Shown: in pieces, positions 13,059 through 26,952 of the stretch
Layout: every line of letters begins with the position of its first letter
Numbering within the stretch: the stretch's first letter is position 1
Origin: Phyllosticta citribraziliensis
Lineage: Eukaryota
Length of the DNA stretch: 64,000 nt
Direction: 5' to 3'
Assembly (NCBI RefSeq): GCF_038025025.1
Contig: NW_027117338.1
Span: 3,162,001-3,226,000, forward strand
Position numbers and translations under genes: made by a program
The notes under the pieces: model-generated
What the model was told of the DNA's origin: nothing
Database searches by the model: none
The model's input: only the letters and a program-made list of their open reading frames with translations

Positions 13059-14502
13059 GAGAAGAGGAGAGAGAAGGGGAGGGGAGTGATGCTGGTCAGA
13101 GCCAGTGACCGCACGGCACTTACTCACTGAAAGCCGTCGCCTCGTTTCTACAATCTTTTTCGTTTGTTGGTTTGTTTTTCGTTTTACTCACCTCCTTCCT
13201 TTCTTTCTTTCTTTCTTTCATCCATCCATCAATTCATCCACTCATCCTTCTATTTATCTATCGACTCATACCCCTTCCGTTCAGTCCAGTCTTTCCGGTA
13301 TCCCCCCTTTTGTCGACTTGTCTATCTGCCATCTAATAGGTAGCTACATAGCTATCAATTATAATCATAATCCTAATCAGTAGTCCACCGCCATGCTCTC
13401 CCCCTCCCCTTCCATCTCCCCCTTCCATCAGTGATTGAATTGATGCGCAGTTCTCACAATATGGATAGTTGGTCAGGGTGTTGTGTTAAAATGTTGTGTC
13501 ACAGGACTATGTATACTTTTATAATTCTAACAATTGTAGTGGTAGTGTGTGCCTATGGTGGGAGTAATATGCTAGTGGCATCTCTAGACTTTCCATCTTT
13601 AACGCCTGCCTGCCTGCCACAGAAGAACAATAGTACGATTGAAAGACATGGAAAGGCGCGGTGTGGCATGGTATGGTATGGTATAGTATACCACAACACA
13701 GCACAACACAGCACCTTACTCTCCCTCCCTCCCTCCCTCCTCTCTCCCCCTCACACTTCCCTTCCTCCTTCCCCTCCCTCACACACACTTCCCTTCCCCA
13801 TGCCCCCCTTTTCTTTCTTCAACTTACTATATAACCCACGCCCACCGCCTCTATCCTCGGTGGTGTTGTAGGAGCCGTACTCTTGTGCCCGTGTTGGTGT
13901 ATCGGTATGTTCCTGCAGCATCATCACCACTTCTCTTTTAACTTTTTGACATGCACGCACACGCACGTGCGCAAGCGAGGGGCGTGCGTTCGAGTCGGGC
14001 TCCTGGCGCCGAGAGAAATGCTTTTTGGAGTTTGGCTTTGGGGTTTTGGTTTGGGGGCTTGGTTTGGTTTGGCATTCTACGATACTGGACTGCTTGCTTG
14101 CTTGCACGACGACGCTGATGCTGATGCTGATGCCTAGATTGGTTGAAGTAGACCCTAAACGCCGCGTCTCCTTCGTCATGGTGGTGGTAGAGGCGGTGGT
14201 GGTAGTGGTGGTTCAATCGAGGCACGCACGCACGCACGCAGCCGCGGGCAGATGACGGGAGTCTATGGCGTAGGTATACCTGCCCACCCACCCACCCACC
14301 CGCCCCAGCCATTCATATGTACAATACAAGTGCCGTCCCATCCCGTCCAGCCCGGCCGCCTTCTCTCTCTCTCTTTCTTTGGTGGTAGAGCCGCCCGTCC
14401 GCCCACCCTGTGATGACAATGCAAGTCTTGATGAGCCGGCTCTCTCTCGAGCCATTGGAGGATCCACCCCTTCGTGTATACCTGATTGCTTGCCGGTATA
14501 GC

Positions 14503-14999
14503 TTACTCTAGCGCCGTGTACATGTCCAGCTCCTCGCCGGTCCGTCGCCGCCTGCGGACGGGGTCGCTGTGAGCTTCGACGCCAGGGCCAACGCGGCGGG
14601 CTGTTCCTCGCCTTGCGGGGAAAATCTGCAGAGGCAGCAACGTCAGCAAAGCACAGAAACTAGGTAGCAAAGCGCGGTCGTAGCAGCAGCAGCAGCGGCA
14701 TCACCCACCTTTGTCCCAGACCACCCCAGGCGGAACGCGATTTCGTGGGCAAACAGCTCGCCAAAGCCGAGCATCAGGCCATTGATGAAGGGGAGCACCA
14801 GGTTTATGGCGGCGCCGCGCACCAGGCCCCACAGCGTGGGCGGCGAGTAGAGGATGACGGGCGAGTTGCTGCTCGACGAGGGCGGCGATCCCGCCGACGA
14901 CGACAGCTCGTTGTTGCCGTCGTAGTTTTCGCTGTCGGACGGGATCGTGACCGATTCGGTCATGGCGTTTCGTGCGGGCTCAGGTCCTGGAGAGGCCAT
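14503..14999 (-). CDS. MIM1: Mitochondrial import protein Mim1/Tom13
   Basis: Signature VRGAAINLVLPFINGLMLGFGELFAHEIAFRLGW; intron 14626-14708, then IFPARR...MYTALE*. Confidence 0.92.
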
Positions 15000-15346
15000 G
15001 GTGGAGAAGACTGAGGCTGCCGGGGGTGCGTACGCAGTGAGGTCGAGGTCGGGATGATGTTGTCGACGGGGCCCTGGCGGGTGTAGAGCGGAGGGCGGAG
15101 GGCGGAGGCGGTGAGCGTATCTTGGCAGGTGGAGCTCGGGCCAAGGAAGCCCTCGCCCGCGGTGACGTTGCGCCTGCGAGTCAGCAAGCTCAACTTCCTT
15201 CGTTAGCACCTTCCACCAATCCGCAACTCAACCACTTCCTCTCGCCATCACACATTGGACCTCAAAGCTCCACCTCTTGACAGTCACTCACACCCATCAA
15301 CAATCCATCATCAACTTTGCGACTACCCACATCTACATTGTCAAAC

Positions 15347-16717
15347 ATGGCTGAGCCATCTGGTGCAGAGCGCGATGCTCTCATTTCGGAGTTTTGCTCC
15401 GTCACTGGCGTTGGCCCGCAGCAGGTAGTTTCACCCATCTCGACTCTTTCACTCTGTTGACACGCCGTTGCAGGCTGAGAATGCGCTGAAAATGGCCGAG
15501 TGGGACGTTCCGAACGCCGTCCAACTTCACTACACCGCGCAAGACGACGCTCCAGAAGCTTCCGCCGAAGACGCCGCCGCCGCCGAGGCCCCATCCGACT
15601 ACACCGGCCCTCGCACGCTGGGCGGAGCTCCTGCACCTGCTCCCGCACAGGCAGGCTCGTCCAGCTCATCCTCTGCACAACAGTCGCGCTCGCGCGGAGG
15701 CCTCAGGACGATTCGCGATCTCCAGGGTGAGGGCGGCGCCGCCCAGGGCCATGGCCACGCTCACGATGACGATGACGACGACGAGGATCAGGACTTTTTC
15801 GCTGGTGGCGAAAAGTCGGGTTTGGCTGTGCAGAACCCCAACAGGGACCAGCCCAGCGCGCGCGACCACATCAACAACATCATTGACCGCGCGAGGAGGT
15901 AAGCGAGACCGCATCCGACGTTCGAATCTTGTACTGACTTTTTAGAAACGTTCCCCGTCCCGGTGGAGATGATGAGGAGGCTTCTTCCCGCCCTACCGTG
16001 TTCCGCGGCGAGGGCCGCACCCTTGGCGGCGACGACGCGCCCTCCGTCACCATTCCTGACCCCACTTCCAGCGCTCCCCGCCGTCCTGAGCGGGTCCGCC
16101 GCGTCATGCACCTCTGGCGTGACGGCTTCTCCATCGACGACGGCCGCCTGTACCGCTACGACGACCCCGCAAACAGGGGCCTGCTGGAGATGATCAACAG
16201 CGGACGCGCGCCGCTTGACATTCTCGAGGTGGAGCACAACCAAGAGGTCGACCTGGAGGTATACCCCCACAAGGACGAGGACTACGTCGCGCCCAAGCCC
16301 AAGTACAAGCCCTTTTCCGGTCAGGGTCAGAGACTCGGCAGCCCCACGCCGGCGGCCGCGAGTGGCAGTTCCACTCCGACTGGTGCCGCAGCTTCGTCTA
16401 GCGCCGCAGCGGCCCCGAGCTCGTCTGCTGCTCCTGCTTCTGCGCCCACGCCCAGCGTCAATGTCGACGACGCTGCTCCCACTCTGACCATGCAGATCCG
16501 CCTTGGTGACGGCACGCGTCTGCAATCCCGCTTCAACACTACCCACACCATCGGAGACCTCTACGGCTTTGTCAATGCGGCGAGCCCGGCAAGCCTCCAG
16601 CGCGAATACGTTTTGATGACGACTTTCCCGAACAAGGATCTTGAGGACAAGAGCCTGGTCCTGGGCGACATGGCGGAATTCAAGCGGGGCGGTGTTGTGG
16701 TTCAAAAGTGGAAATAG
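15347..16717 (+). CDS. SHP1: Cdc48/p97 adaptor Shp1/p47 (UBA-SEP-UBX)
   Basis: N-terminal UBA-like ISEFCSVTG, FFAGGEKSGLAVQNP, SEP domain HLWRDGFSIDDGRLYRYDDPAN, SHP box FSGQGQRLG, UBX domain QIRLGDGTRLQSRFNTTHTIGD...TTFPNK. Introns at 15425-15473 and 15899-15945. Confidence 0.95.
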
Positions 16718-17136
16718 ATGCTGGGAGATAGTTCAAGATTCAAGTCTTGAGTCGGAGGGAAAAGAATAGAGATAATTGAAGGGGGATGGTGGTGGCTTTT
16801 GCCCACGGCGGCTAGAAAATCGGGCCAGAGTGCCACGAATCAAGTGCTTGCTCTACTCGAAGATGGAAGTTCTGTGGATAGCTTCAAATCTTCAAAAGAC
16901 ACTCTCCTCTTCCATACCCATATCCGAATTGATTTCTTGTTGCAATGCATGCATGGACTGAGCTCGATTTAAAGTTTGAAGCGCCTAGCCCTGATTGGCC
17001 AGCGCCTGCATCTAAAGTCCGCCATGACCGACATGGGCCAGGAAATTCTGCCCCTCCTCCACAAACTCCCCCACACCTTTCTCCTCTACCTTGCAGCTCC
17101 AATTGCACCCGCGCTGGGCAAAACGTTGTCGTCGAC

Positions 17137-18360
17137 ATGCCTCTGGATAAGCTGGACGGTCTTGAGCTGCCCGCTGCGGCGGACATGCACGTACACCTGC
17201 GCGACGGCGCGATGATGGAGACGGTCGTGCCTACGATCCGGCAGGGCGGCGTGAATACGGTCTACGTGATGGTACATTTCTCTCTCCAGCACCAGAATCC
17301 AGAGCACGCAGCCGCCACGGCGGCGTGACAGAGTGAGCGACTACGCTAACACCTCATCCCATCCATCCAGCCCAACCTCGTCCCGCCCCTCACAACCGTC
17401 GACGCGGCGCTGGCCTACCGCGCGCGCCTGCAGGCCCTCGAGCCCAACGTCACATTCCTGATGTCGCTGTACCTGCACCCGGACATCACGCCGGCCACGA
17501 TCAAGCAGGCCAAAGCCGCCGGCATCGCGGGCGTCAAGTCGTACCCGGCGGGCGTGACGACCAACAGCGCGGCCGGCGTGCTCGACTACGAGGCGTTCTA
17601 CCCCGTCTTCGCCGAGATGGAGCGGCAGGACTTGGTGTTGAATCTGCACGGCGAGCTGCCGCCGTCGGCTGCTGCGGGCAAGAAAGACGACAAGGAGGAC
17701 GACGATATCACCGTGCTGAATGCTGAGGCCCGCTTCCTGCCTACGCTGCGCACCCTGCACGCCCGCTTCCCCAGCCTGCGCATCATCCTCGAACACTGCA
17801 CCACGGCCGCCGCCGTCGCCGCCGTCCGCCAGTGCGGCCCCGCCGTCGCCGCCACCATCACCGCGCACCACCTGTACCTCACCGTCGACGACGTGGTGGG
17901 CAACGGGCTGCACTTCTGCAAGCCCGTCGCCAAGCTGCCGGCAGACCGACTCGCGCTGCTGCGCGCGGCGGCGAGCGGCGAGCCCAAGTTCTTTTTCGGC
18001 TCCGACAGCGCGCCGCACCCGGCGGCGAAGAAGATGGGCGGAGAGGGCGCGCCGGCCGCGGGCGTGTTTACGCAGATGAGTGCTGTGCAGCTCGTCGTTG
18101 AGGCGTTGGAGAAGGCGGTGGAGAAGGGGTGGTTGGGGGAGGGCGATGTGACGACGGAGAAGTTGGAGGGCTTCTTGAGCAGCTACGGGAGGGCGTTCTA
18201 TGGGGGCCAGGCGAGGGAGAGGGAGGGGAAGGAGAGGATTGTGCTGAGGAGGGGCGAGGAGAGGGTGCCGGAGCGCTTGAGGCATGAGAGGGGCGAGGTG
18301 GAGGTCGTGCCGTTTAGGCGCGGCGAGAGGACGTGGAGTCTGGAGTGGAAGAAGGCGTGA
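17137..18360 (+). CDS. URA4: Dihydroorotase (homodimeric type)
   Basis: DMHVHLRDG, MPNL across intron 17272-17370, GVKSYPAGVTTNS, LNLHGE, ILEHCTT, FCKPVAK, FFFGSDSAPH. Confidence 0.95.
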
Positions 18361-18709
18361 GAGGAGCGAGAGCGATGACCTTGTGCTGAGGATGGGGCGG
18401 GCGTTGGGCGTAGACTTCAGACAGGAGTGCAAGATATCCATATGCAGCCGGGGAGTCGGTCAGTCATGAGGGCAGTAGGTAGACAGGAGACCATCCATCC
18501 ATCCATCCAAGAAAATGCCCTTGCTTGTTTGAAAGTTCGATTTGAGATGATAGGTATCCAGAGACCCTCCCGACCCAGAGCTATTTTCGACACGGGTATG
18601 TCCAGTCGCGAACATGAACCAGAAGGCAAAGAGGATCCCACCTGACGCAGCACGTCCACGCAGCCACACAACCAACGCCACTCACTCACTCCGCGCGTGA
18701 CGTCGCAGC

Positions 18710-20244
18710 TCAATGCTTCCCGCTCAACTTGCGCTCCCTCTTGAGCTCCTCCTGCCGCATCTCTTCGTACCGCTCGGCCTGCTGCTTGAACTTGGACGTC
18801 ATACGGCGCGGCACGCCCGTCTCGTCCTTGCGCAGCAGCCCGGTGCTCTGCATGCTCTTCTTGCCCGACTCCTGCACGCTCTTGATGCCCTTCTTCATGC
18901 GCCAGTACATGTCCTTGTGCTCGGGCTCGTACGCCGCGCTGCCCGGCGCCGGCTTGGGCGCCTCGTACTTGAACGTCTGCACCTTGGATGACCGCGCCTT
19001 AACGTCGATGGTGCCGTCGTCCTTTTTCTTGTACAGCGGCGTGATGCCGAGCAGCTCGCGGAAGCGCGGCGAGCGCAGTAGGAAGGATTGCGACGCGCCC
19101 CACACGGTCGTCACGACGAAGGCGAGCTGGATGGCGGCAGGCTGCGACGCTGTGACGGCGACGGAGATGAACGGCATGATCCAGATCATGACAAACTTCA
19201 TTGTCGGGTTCATCTGGTTGGCCTGTGCCATTTCACCGCCGAGCTGGATGCAAGCTTAGAGTCAGCCGTGTGTAGATTTTAAAAAGTGAAAGGGATTCAA
19301 CATACCCTTCCAATGACGTGCAGGAAGCCGCCCATGGCCAGCGGCAGGATGAAGTACGGGTCTCCGGTCGTCAAGTCGTTCAGCCACAGGAAAGTGGAGT
19401 GCTCCAAGCCGGGCACGGGCAAGCTCGCCATGGCGCGCAGCAGCTTCCAGGTGCAGAAGCCCAGCACGACCTGCGCACCCACGGGCAGAAACTGGCTCAG
19501 CGGGTTGACGCCGACCGTCTTGTAAATCTGGCTGATGCGCTGGCGCTCGGCCATCATGGTCGTCAGGTCCTGGCTCATCTGGGCCTTCTTGAGGCGCTCG
19601 TTGGCTGGCCCGATGACGTCCACGACCGCCGACATCTTGCCCGTGCTGTCCGACGCGTTGACGGCCAGCTTGAATATGGCCAGCCGCAGCAGCAGGCCCG
19701 TTATGATGATCGATGCGCCCCACCCCGTCCCGCTGTAGATGTGTACGTGCTCCAGCACCCACTCGATGCATGCTGTCGGTCCCCAGCCGTAGTCGAGACC
19801 TATCTCCTTCAGGTAGCCAATGTGCTCCGGCATGGACGCCAGCCGTGCGGCCTCTTCGCTCGCGCCGGCGGAGCTTGCGGCATTTGCGGCGCTGGCAGCG
19901 GCTTCCGCCGACGCCTTGACCGACTCGTCGAGCGCGGCATCGAGTTGAGATTGTGTTGCAGAGGACGTGGAGGAGGCGAAGCGCACGGCGGAGACGGCCG
20001 AGCCAAGGGCAAAGGGAGTGCGTAGCGAAGACACAGTGGGAGAGCTGCGGAGGGCCGATTTTCTCGAGGCATTGAGGAGCGCGCTGCTCAGGCGCGGCGG
20101 ATTGGTGGAGAACTGGAAACTTGTCAATCACCCGAGATGCGCTTGCGGTGAAAGTCGAAGACGGACGGATCTGGGTGAGGAGGAGGCAATTGTGCGAGGC
20201 AGGCGAGCGGCATTGGCGGGCCGCAGCCCCCTACTTATCATCAT
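18710..20244 (-). CDS. OXA1: Mitochondrial inner-membrane insertase Oxa1 (YidC/Oxa1 family)
   Basis: Arg/Ser-rich presequence, IGYLKEIGLDYGWGP, LEHVHIYSGTGWGASII, FLWLNDLTTGDPYFILP, basic C-terminal tail. Introns at 20113-20166 and 19244-19305. Confidence 0.92.
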
Positions 20245-20867
20245 GTTGAGGCTTTGGGCGGTGTTGTCGGACGACCTGAGTGCACGGGGACGGATGCTCT
20301 GAAGTCCAAGTCGGCCTGCCCTGCCCTGGTGGAGAAAAAAGTTGGTCGCTGTCGTCCGCCGTACACTGCGCCGTGATCCGTGCGCTCCGCCGGCACTCAT
20401 CTCATGCGGGCACGACCGGGGAACTTCGAGGGATGGACTGGGATGAATTAAGTGATGACCTGCAGATTGATTTTCCTGAATCATACAATCCGGCTATACT
20501 ATCCACCGTTTACCTCGACTCTCAAAGACTAAAAAATGTAGAAGAAGAAGACGGCGCGGTTTCTTCCCCATCAATCCTGTATAACCATGTTCATCCTCTC
20601 TTTGCAAATACCCCGTCAAGCCGGCCGAGTCGAGCAACGGGTAAATAAAAGACTGATAAAAGCCAGGACGCAGCTGGCGATGCCAAACGAAAATTTTCAA
20701 AAAGAGACAGCCGCCAGTACTCCCGTAACCGATGCCCATTGCCCTGCCCGGTATGCACCGTTGGATGCCAGTGCTTTGATATACCCACTTCCGTGTAACC
20801 CCTTAGTTTGTGCGCCGCGAATAAGTAGATGGAGAAATGATTGCTGAATAGTGGCCGTTGTTGAGGA

Positions 20868-23800
20868 TTAGTCGTGGGTGAAATCCATCTTGTCCTTGTT
20901 GTCTTCATCTTCATCCTCGACCGTCAGGTTCAACGCGTCCTCGGCGTGGCTCGTGGGAGGCGGACCCATGCCTTCACCGTCAGCATCATTGGTGGTGAAG
21001 TCGGCAAAAAGGTCTCTGTCACCTTCTGCGCCGCCTTGGCTGCTTCCCATGCTGTTGTTAAACATGTTTCGCACTGGCGACGGCGCCGCCGGATCAGACG
21101 TGCCAAACGGAGCATTGCTGCCAAATATCGCCGGATCCATGTTGGCCGGTGTTGCCGATGGAGACCGAGGATGAAAAGGAGGTGAGCCAGCCCCACGGTG
21201 ATGGGCAAAAGATGACATGCCAGGTTCATAGGCGCTCGTAGTGCTCGCACCAAAGCCGCCGCCGCCAGAGTGAGACACGCCGGAAGGATAAGAAAACGAG
21301 GGACGATGCCGCGACGAGTGGTCCGCTGGAGTTGTCCCAACGACGCCAACACCCGGAAGTTCCGTGTAGCCATGAGGGAGTCCAGGCGGTGTGTGAGACT
21401 CATGAGAGCCTGAGATTCTACCAAGGCTGCTGCGCTTTCCCCTCTTTAGCTTCGCGCGCTTCTCAGGAGGAATGTCTTCTGGATTGTCAACGCCACACTC
21501 CGCCATCAACTTTTGTTGTTTGGTTGGACGGGGCTTGCGGGTCGACAAGGATACCTCGACCATGGGTGGAGGGTCTGCGGTCACGGGGGCCCATCTGTGT
21601 AGCTCCTGGCGGAAGAAGTTTGTCTCTTGAGCCAGGAGAATGTCAGCTCCTTCGAGCTTGCGCAGGTAGAAGCGCTGAGTCGTCAGTTCTTCAGGGGTTG
21701 AAAGCAAGGGGTTTGCATAGCTTGCGATGAATTGTCGAAAGTCTCTCGCCGAGCGAATGATGTTTGCCAGGCACTCTTCTTCCTCGGGCTGGAATGGGAG
21801 ACCTGGTATTTGGTCCTGCCAGGCCTCGAGGTCTTCGAGCTTTGGTCGGGTAGCGTCGCGAGGAATCTTGACGCGCCAGTCGCAAATGGGACAAGTGTAC
21901 TTGTCATCCTCCTTGACTTTACCACGTGCAATCTTCAAACACTTTCCGTGATACCTACAATGGTTAGTTTTGGAGATTCCACAGGAGAGAGGTTGCTCAC
22001 CATTCATGACAAACCTCGCACTCAATCATCATTCCGGACTCGGGTTTGCGGCAGATGCAAAATACGTCTCTTGTCGAGCCGGCACCATTATCGCCGCCGT
22101 CCGATGCAGGCGATACATGTCTCGATGCGGGCTCTACTGGCATGCGAGGCTGGTCGTTGAGGTCGAAGCAAGCCTCATTTTTGATACGAACAAGGTCCAT
22201 GTGCTGTTGTAGAATGTGCAAAGGCGCATTGGCTTTGCCAAAGAGCTTCTTGCCACTACGCATCCAGTCTTCGTGTTTCTTCTGTTCTCTCTCGAGATCG
22301 ATGGTTCCCATGGGCTTGCTGTTGAGTTCGTTCAAGGCCTCCATGGCATCGCGCACCTCCTTGAACATTGGTCGCTTCCTAAAGTCGGAGTCTTTGCTTC
22401 GCTGATACAAGGCCTTGATTTGCTCCTGTGCGTCGCGCTGCTTTTTGAGAATTGCTTCGACCCTTGCAAGCGTGTCTGGCGAAACGGGGAGGTGTCTGGC
22501 TTGGGACGATAGGGCGTCAAGCTGCTGGTAGTTTACCATTTCCTGTGCCATGACTTCTCGAGCCGTCTTCTCCCAGACCTCGCCCTTGGACTTCTCTTCC
22601 TTGAGCCACATCATGTTGGGTTCTCCATCGGGTATGTTTATCTCGCCGCCGCGTCTAATAGACTCGGCCACGTCTTGGAGAGAATGGGAGCACTCCCGGT
22701 AGTTGTGCACTTCCTTAAACCACCTGAGCTGCTGTACCAGCTTGTCAAGTTGGTCCACTTCGGGAATATCGAGATCCATTCGGCGACCCTCATCGATCAG
22801 CTTTTCGAATCCTTCGGGACTGGACGTCGGGTAGCGAGCATTTCGTAGAGCTTGCCTAGCCTCATTTTGAAACTCGTTGACCTTACTTTCGAGGTTTATC
22901 AGCATTTCGAGTTCCGGGCAAGTGAACGCAATTTCCTCCGCCTCGCGATTCAGCCGTTTCAATTCTTCTACCGTCCGGGTGTCGCGTTCCTTTCCATCTT
23001 GCTCGGCCTGATGCTTGCTGGTCGATTTGCGCGACGGCCGGTCCGTTTTTCGCCGATTCTGCTGCTTCCGCGTCGTGAAGGCGGTGGCTTTTTCGACCCA
23101 TTCATTGCATCGATGGACGTATCGCTTCAACTCGGGAAGCGCGGGCAACGGCCAAGGAATCTTTTCCCCTTCGGCGACAAACCTGCGGAGCTTCTTGAGA
23201 CTAGGCCGTTGTTTTTCGGAGAGATAATCGTCGAGATCGATCTGCCATCTATCAGGAACTTCCGCCTTGTCTTCCACTCCTTCTGCTAGATCACGGATCG
23301 TCAAGGACTGGGAGCGCAGGACGAGAACGTGGGCCCCCTTGATGCTATCAGCCATGCGATCTTCTTTCCTGTCGCTACAACAGTCGTATTCCAAGGCATG
23401 CTTGATGCACATGACCTTGCCCGAGTTGTGGCAAATGAATTGTGACCAGTAGGCGAATGCTTTGCAGTAATGACAGATCATCTCTTCTTCAGGCGAATCC
23501 TTCGAGTCTCTGACCTGAATAGGCAGGCACTGGGTTTCTTTGTCTCTATCCGTGACCTCATTCCATAGGCAACAACGATTGGATAGAGGGCAAAAAGACA
23601 GGTGAACGTCCCTGAACTGCTGACGGGCCCGCCATTCTTTTTTATACATGCTGATGAGAGCAGGCGCAAGCCATTTGGCAACCTTGATGGGCATGTCTTT
23701 GCCGCTTGCGGCGGTTCGCAGGAGCTCGTCGTGTGAGAAGCAAGGTTGTCTGCGGAAATCTTGGAGACGCTCAACGCCAGCTTTGCCCCAAGGTTCCCAG

Positions 23801-26293
23801 TCAGGAGGCGCAAAGTTGACTGCTTCGTTAAAGTTGAATCCGTGGTTGAAGCCCGCGTGGTAAGCTTGTGGAAACGTGACCACGAATTGTCCGGCCCGCT
23901 GATCGAGAGCATACACTCTGACTCCTGCCTTTTTCAAGTGTTCTGGGGTAAGCAAAGTGACCAACTGGAAAAGCAGGTCGGGCTGAGTCTCGAAGAGTTC
24001 TGGAACTGCTTCGCGCATGGCGTTTTCAAACTTTTCCGCGTCCTCTCCGGGCACTCCGTACCAAGTCTTTGTTGCTCCGAAGTGCTGATAATTTGCCGAG
24101 TAGCTGTAGTGGTCCTCATTGTGCCAGCAAAATGTGGAGAAGCACATGCCCACGTAAAGCCATGGCACAGTCATTCCGGAAATGTCAGACCTAATGTGGC
24201 GAAAGAGGGACTCGGGATGTAGGGGCAGAATGTTCAAGTTCCAAGGATCGGTGGAATAAGGATTGCGCGGATTCTTTTCGAGCGTGGGAAACCCGCTTCC
24301 ATGTGTCGTGACGTGGACATCGGCGCCGTATTCGACCTCTGGAACCTTGTCCGTGACATTTTCAACCAATTTCCAAAACTCGCGCTCCACGTCATCTTCG
24401 CTGGGCGGCCGCTTGGTGTTGAGGACTGGATCAAACTGCATCTTGTCTCGAAAGTGCTGTGCCCTGAATTCCTGGTCTTTTTGCTGAAACTGCTTAAGCG
24501 AGTACACTCCACCCTCGTCAAACCCAAACTCGCCATCGCCGACCAAGCATCTGGGGCAATGCCAGTCGTAGTCGGGCGTTGACTTGAGAGGAGGCTCCAA
24601 GCAGTAGCGGTGGTACCCCGCATCGCAGCTATCGCAGAGCAAGATGGATGTTGGATCGCTGGCTTTGCCGCAAGTCTCGCAGTAGTCTCCCGGCTTGTCG
24701 CTGGAGTGATCCTTGGGCATGCCTGTGCGCGGTGCGGATGCGCGCGGCTGAGTCATGTGCGAACCAGCCACAGTTGGGGCTGAGTCCTTTTTCAACCGCT
24801 TGCTTCGTCGACCAGAGTTGTCTGAGTCGCCGTTGGTTTGTGATGCGGCGTCCTCAGAGAGACCCCGTTTCAGCTGCTGGAGCTGGCCATTGGACAAGGG
24901 AGTAGAGAGACCGGGAGGCCGAAGATCAGGGGTATTGTTTGCAGACAACGTTGACGGACTGTCGACAGGATGACGCGGCGACGAGTTGGTCGACTGAGCG
25001 GGCTGAGTACCATTGGGGGTGTTGATTGCCGAAAATCCACTCGACTGAGGCACGGGAGTTCGTTGGGGGGCGTTCACAGCCGTAAAGCCGCCCGAGTTGA
25101 CAGCAGTGAATCCAGAAGACACCTTGACCGGCTGAGGTAGCTCATGTTCCTGGGGCAGGGGCGGGACGTCATTGAGCGAAGCGTTGAGAGCGGCGGATGC
25201 GCGAGCAGTCGGCGAGTCCGGCCGGGCTGAACTAGCCTTTGCCGGCTGCTGCGATTTCTTCAAGGGCGATGGCGCCGGCGACGGCGTAAAGGGGCCGCCA
25301 TTTTCGTACTCCAACATCTGATGGACGCCAGGCTTGGCTATGCTGAGGTACTCCTCGTAGGGGTGCAGCCATTTCTGGTACGAATTCTTGAGCGACGTTG
25401 ACAAAGAGGACATTATCTTGCCGCTGTAGCCAAGATCGCGACCGATCTCCGCCCATTTCTTCCCTTTGCAAACCCGTTCGAATCCACCGCGGGTCTCGAC
25501 GGCTTTTTTGAGTTTGAACAAATCCAGAGGCCGCTTGTCGACGCTGGGAAATCTGTTCAGATGGTTGCCCCGTGACCTGTGGAACTTTTGGAGCTGGTCA
25601 AGATAGTTGAGGTTGGCTCGCGTGCCTGTACTCGTTAGCCGCGAAAGCCGCTTTCAATGCAGGTGGGGTCGAGATTCACCTCCTTCGACCGAGTTGAGAG
25701 CCTGCTTGCGTGTGCGAAAGTGGAATCGCTGTGACAGCCGTTAGTTTTAGGACAACATGACATCAAGTCGTTTCTCGCAAGCCCAAAATCATTGTCGGTG
25801 CCAGTCAAGCCGTGAAGCGCTCACGCATCGCGCCACGTACCTCGGTGTCAATCGCAAAATCTGGATTCCAGCCCTCGGGTGGTATTATCTTGGCTATTCC
25901 GTACTTGCGCCCTTCCGGGGCAATCTTGCGCATATATTCCATGGGATCCTTAAACTCCTCCGCCGTTGGGGTAAACGTAGGCGCCTCCTCCAACCCGAAC
26001 AATCGATTCGATCTCGAAACCTCGCGCGCCATTGTGGGGGTGCCACGTCGCTCCACCGTGTTCAAATCCAAGGGCTCTGCCTTGCGCGCGCTCAGTGGAA
26101 ACGTGGACATGTTGCCGTTGGTGATGGTGGTGCTCTGCGTGCCATGGGACCCGGTGTTGGCGCTACTCGAGGCCGTCGCACCTCCCACCTTGCCACTGCG
26201 AGCTCCCGAGGGAGTGGAGGCAGGCTGGGCTGGACTTGCGCGAAAGGTTATCTGACCGGCGGCGGGCCCAGCGGCGACAGAAGAGACCGCCAT
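20868..26293 (-). CDS. JHD2: JARID1/KDM5-type histone H3K4 demethylase (JmjN-ARID-PHD-JmjC-C5HC2-PLU1-PHD; Lid2/KdmB-like)
   Basis: JmjN EAPTFTPTAEEFKDP, ARID GGFERVCKGKKWAEIG, PHD CETC...CDSCDAGYHRYCL, JmjC WLYVGMCFSTFCWHNEDHY...PQAYHAGFNHG, C-terminal PHD FCICRKPESGMMIECEVCHEW. Introns at ~25729-25840, 25626-25679 and 21955-22000. Exact start codon is uncertain. Confidence 0.93.
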
Positions 26294-26952
26294 GGTCGAC
26301 AAGACCCGTCTCGTCGAGGGATTTCAGCGTCGGAGTCGAGTGGGAAAAGGCTAGCCACGGGCAGGTTGGTGGGACGAGCAGTTGGTCGGGTCCGAGACGA
26401 GTGCAAAAGCAGATATCGAGAGTATCGTGCAGCGGTGAAGGGTCGAGGCAGCGGGCCAAGGGCCGAGCATTCGGGCGACGGGCGAGATTGCAGGCGGGAT
26501 ACGGAGCGAGGACGGCGCGTGGACGAGGTGAGGCCGTGTCGAGAGTGAAGTGGAAGAGGATTGCAAAAAGTGCTGAGGGGGAGGCGTGGCAAGTGGGAAG
26601 AGAGCGGATATGGCGTCGAAGGTAGGTAAGGAATGTGAGCGGTTTGGGCTAGCCGCTTCAGGACATCACTCGATATTTGATACTCCGGCGCTGAAGCTGC
26701 CCGACCTTGCTTGGACTGCATGTCCTCAACACCAACTTCACCTCGACGGTTGTGTGCGCGCCTTCTCCGAACCACGCGCCGTCGTGGTGCTGCACAAGTC
26801 GTTTCATGCACTTGGCCCGTCGGTGCTGGTCTGCCTGATGCGCTTCCAGTCCTCTCCCGAGCCTCCGCGCCGTGTCCACCTCAGGTCCGACCTGACGTCC
26901 GTCTCACCCTCACCCTCACCCTCACCCTCGCCCTCGCCCCAACATCGTCGAA

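Noticed and set aside
13988..13996. Isolated B-box-like GTTCGAGTC (also GTTCGAATC in SHP1 intron 2)
   Set aside because: No accompanying A box or folded RNA structure; a 9-mer match is expected by chance.
15788..16705. Long antisense ORFs (also 39065-40039, 50564-51382, 52438-53292, 57835-58680, 60038-60724)
   Set aside because: They are shadows of GC3-rich codon usage on the opposite strand of well-supported genes.
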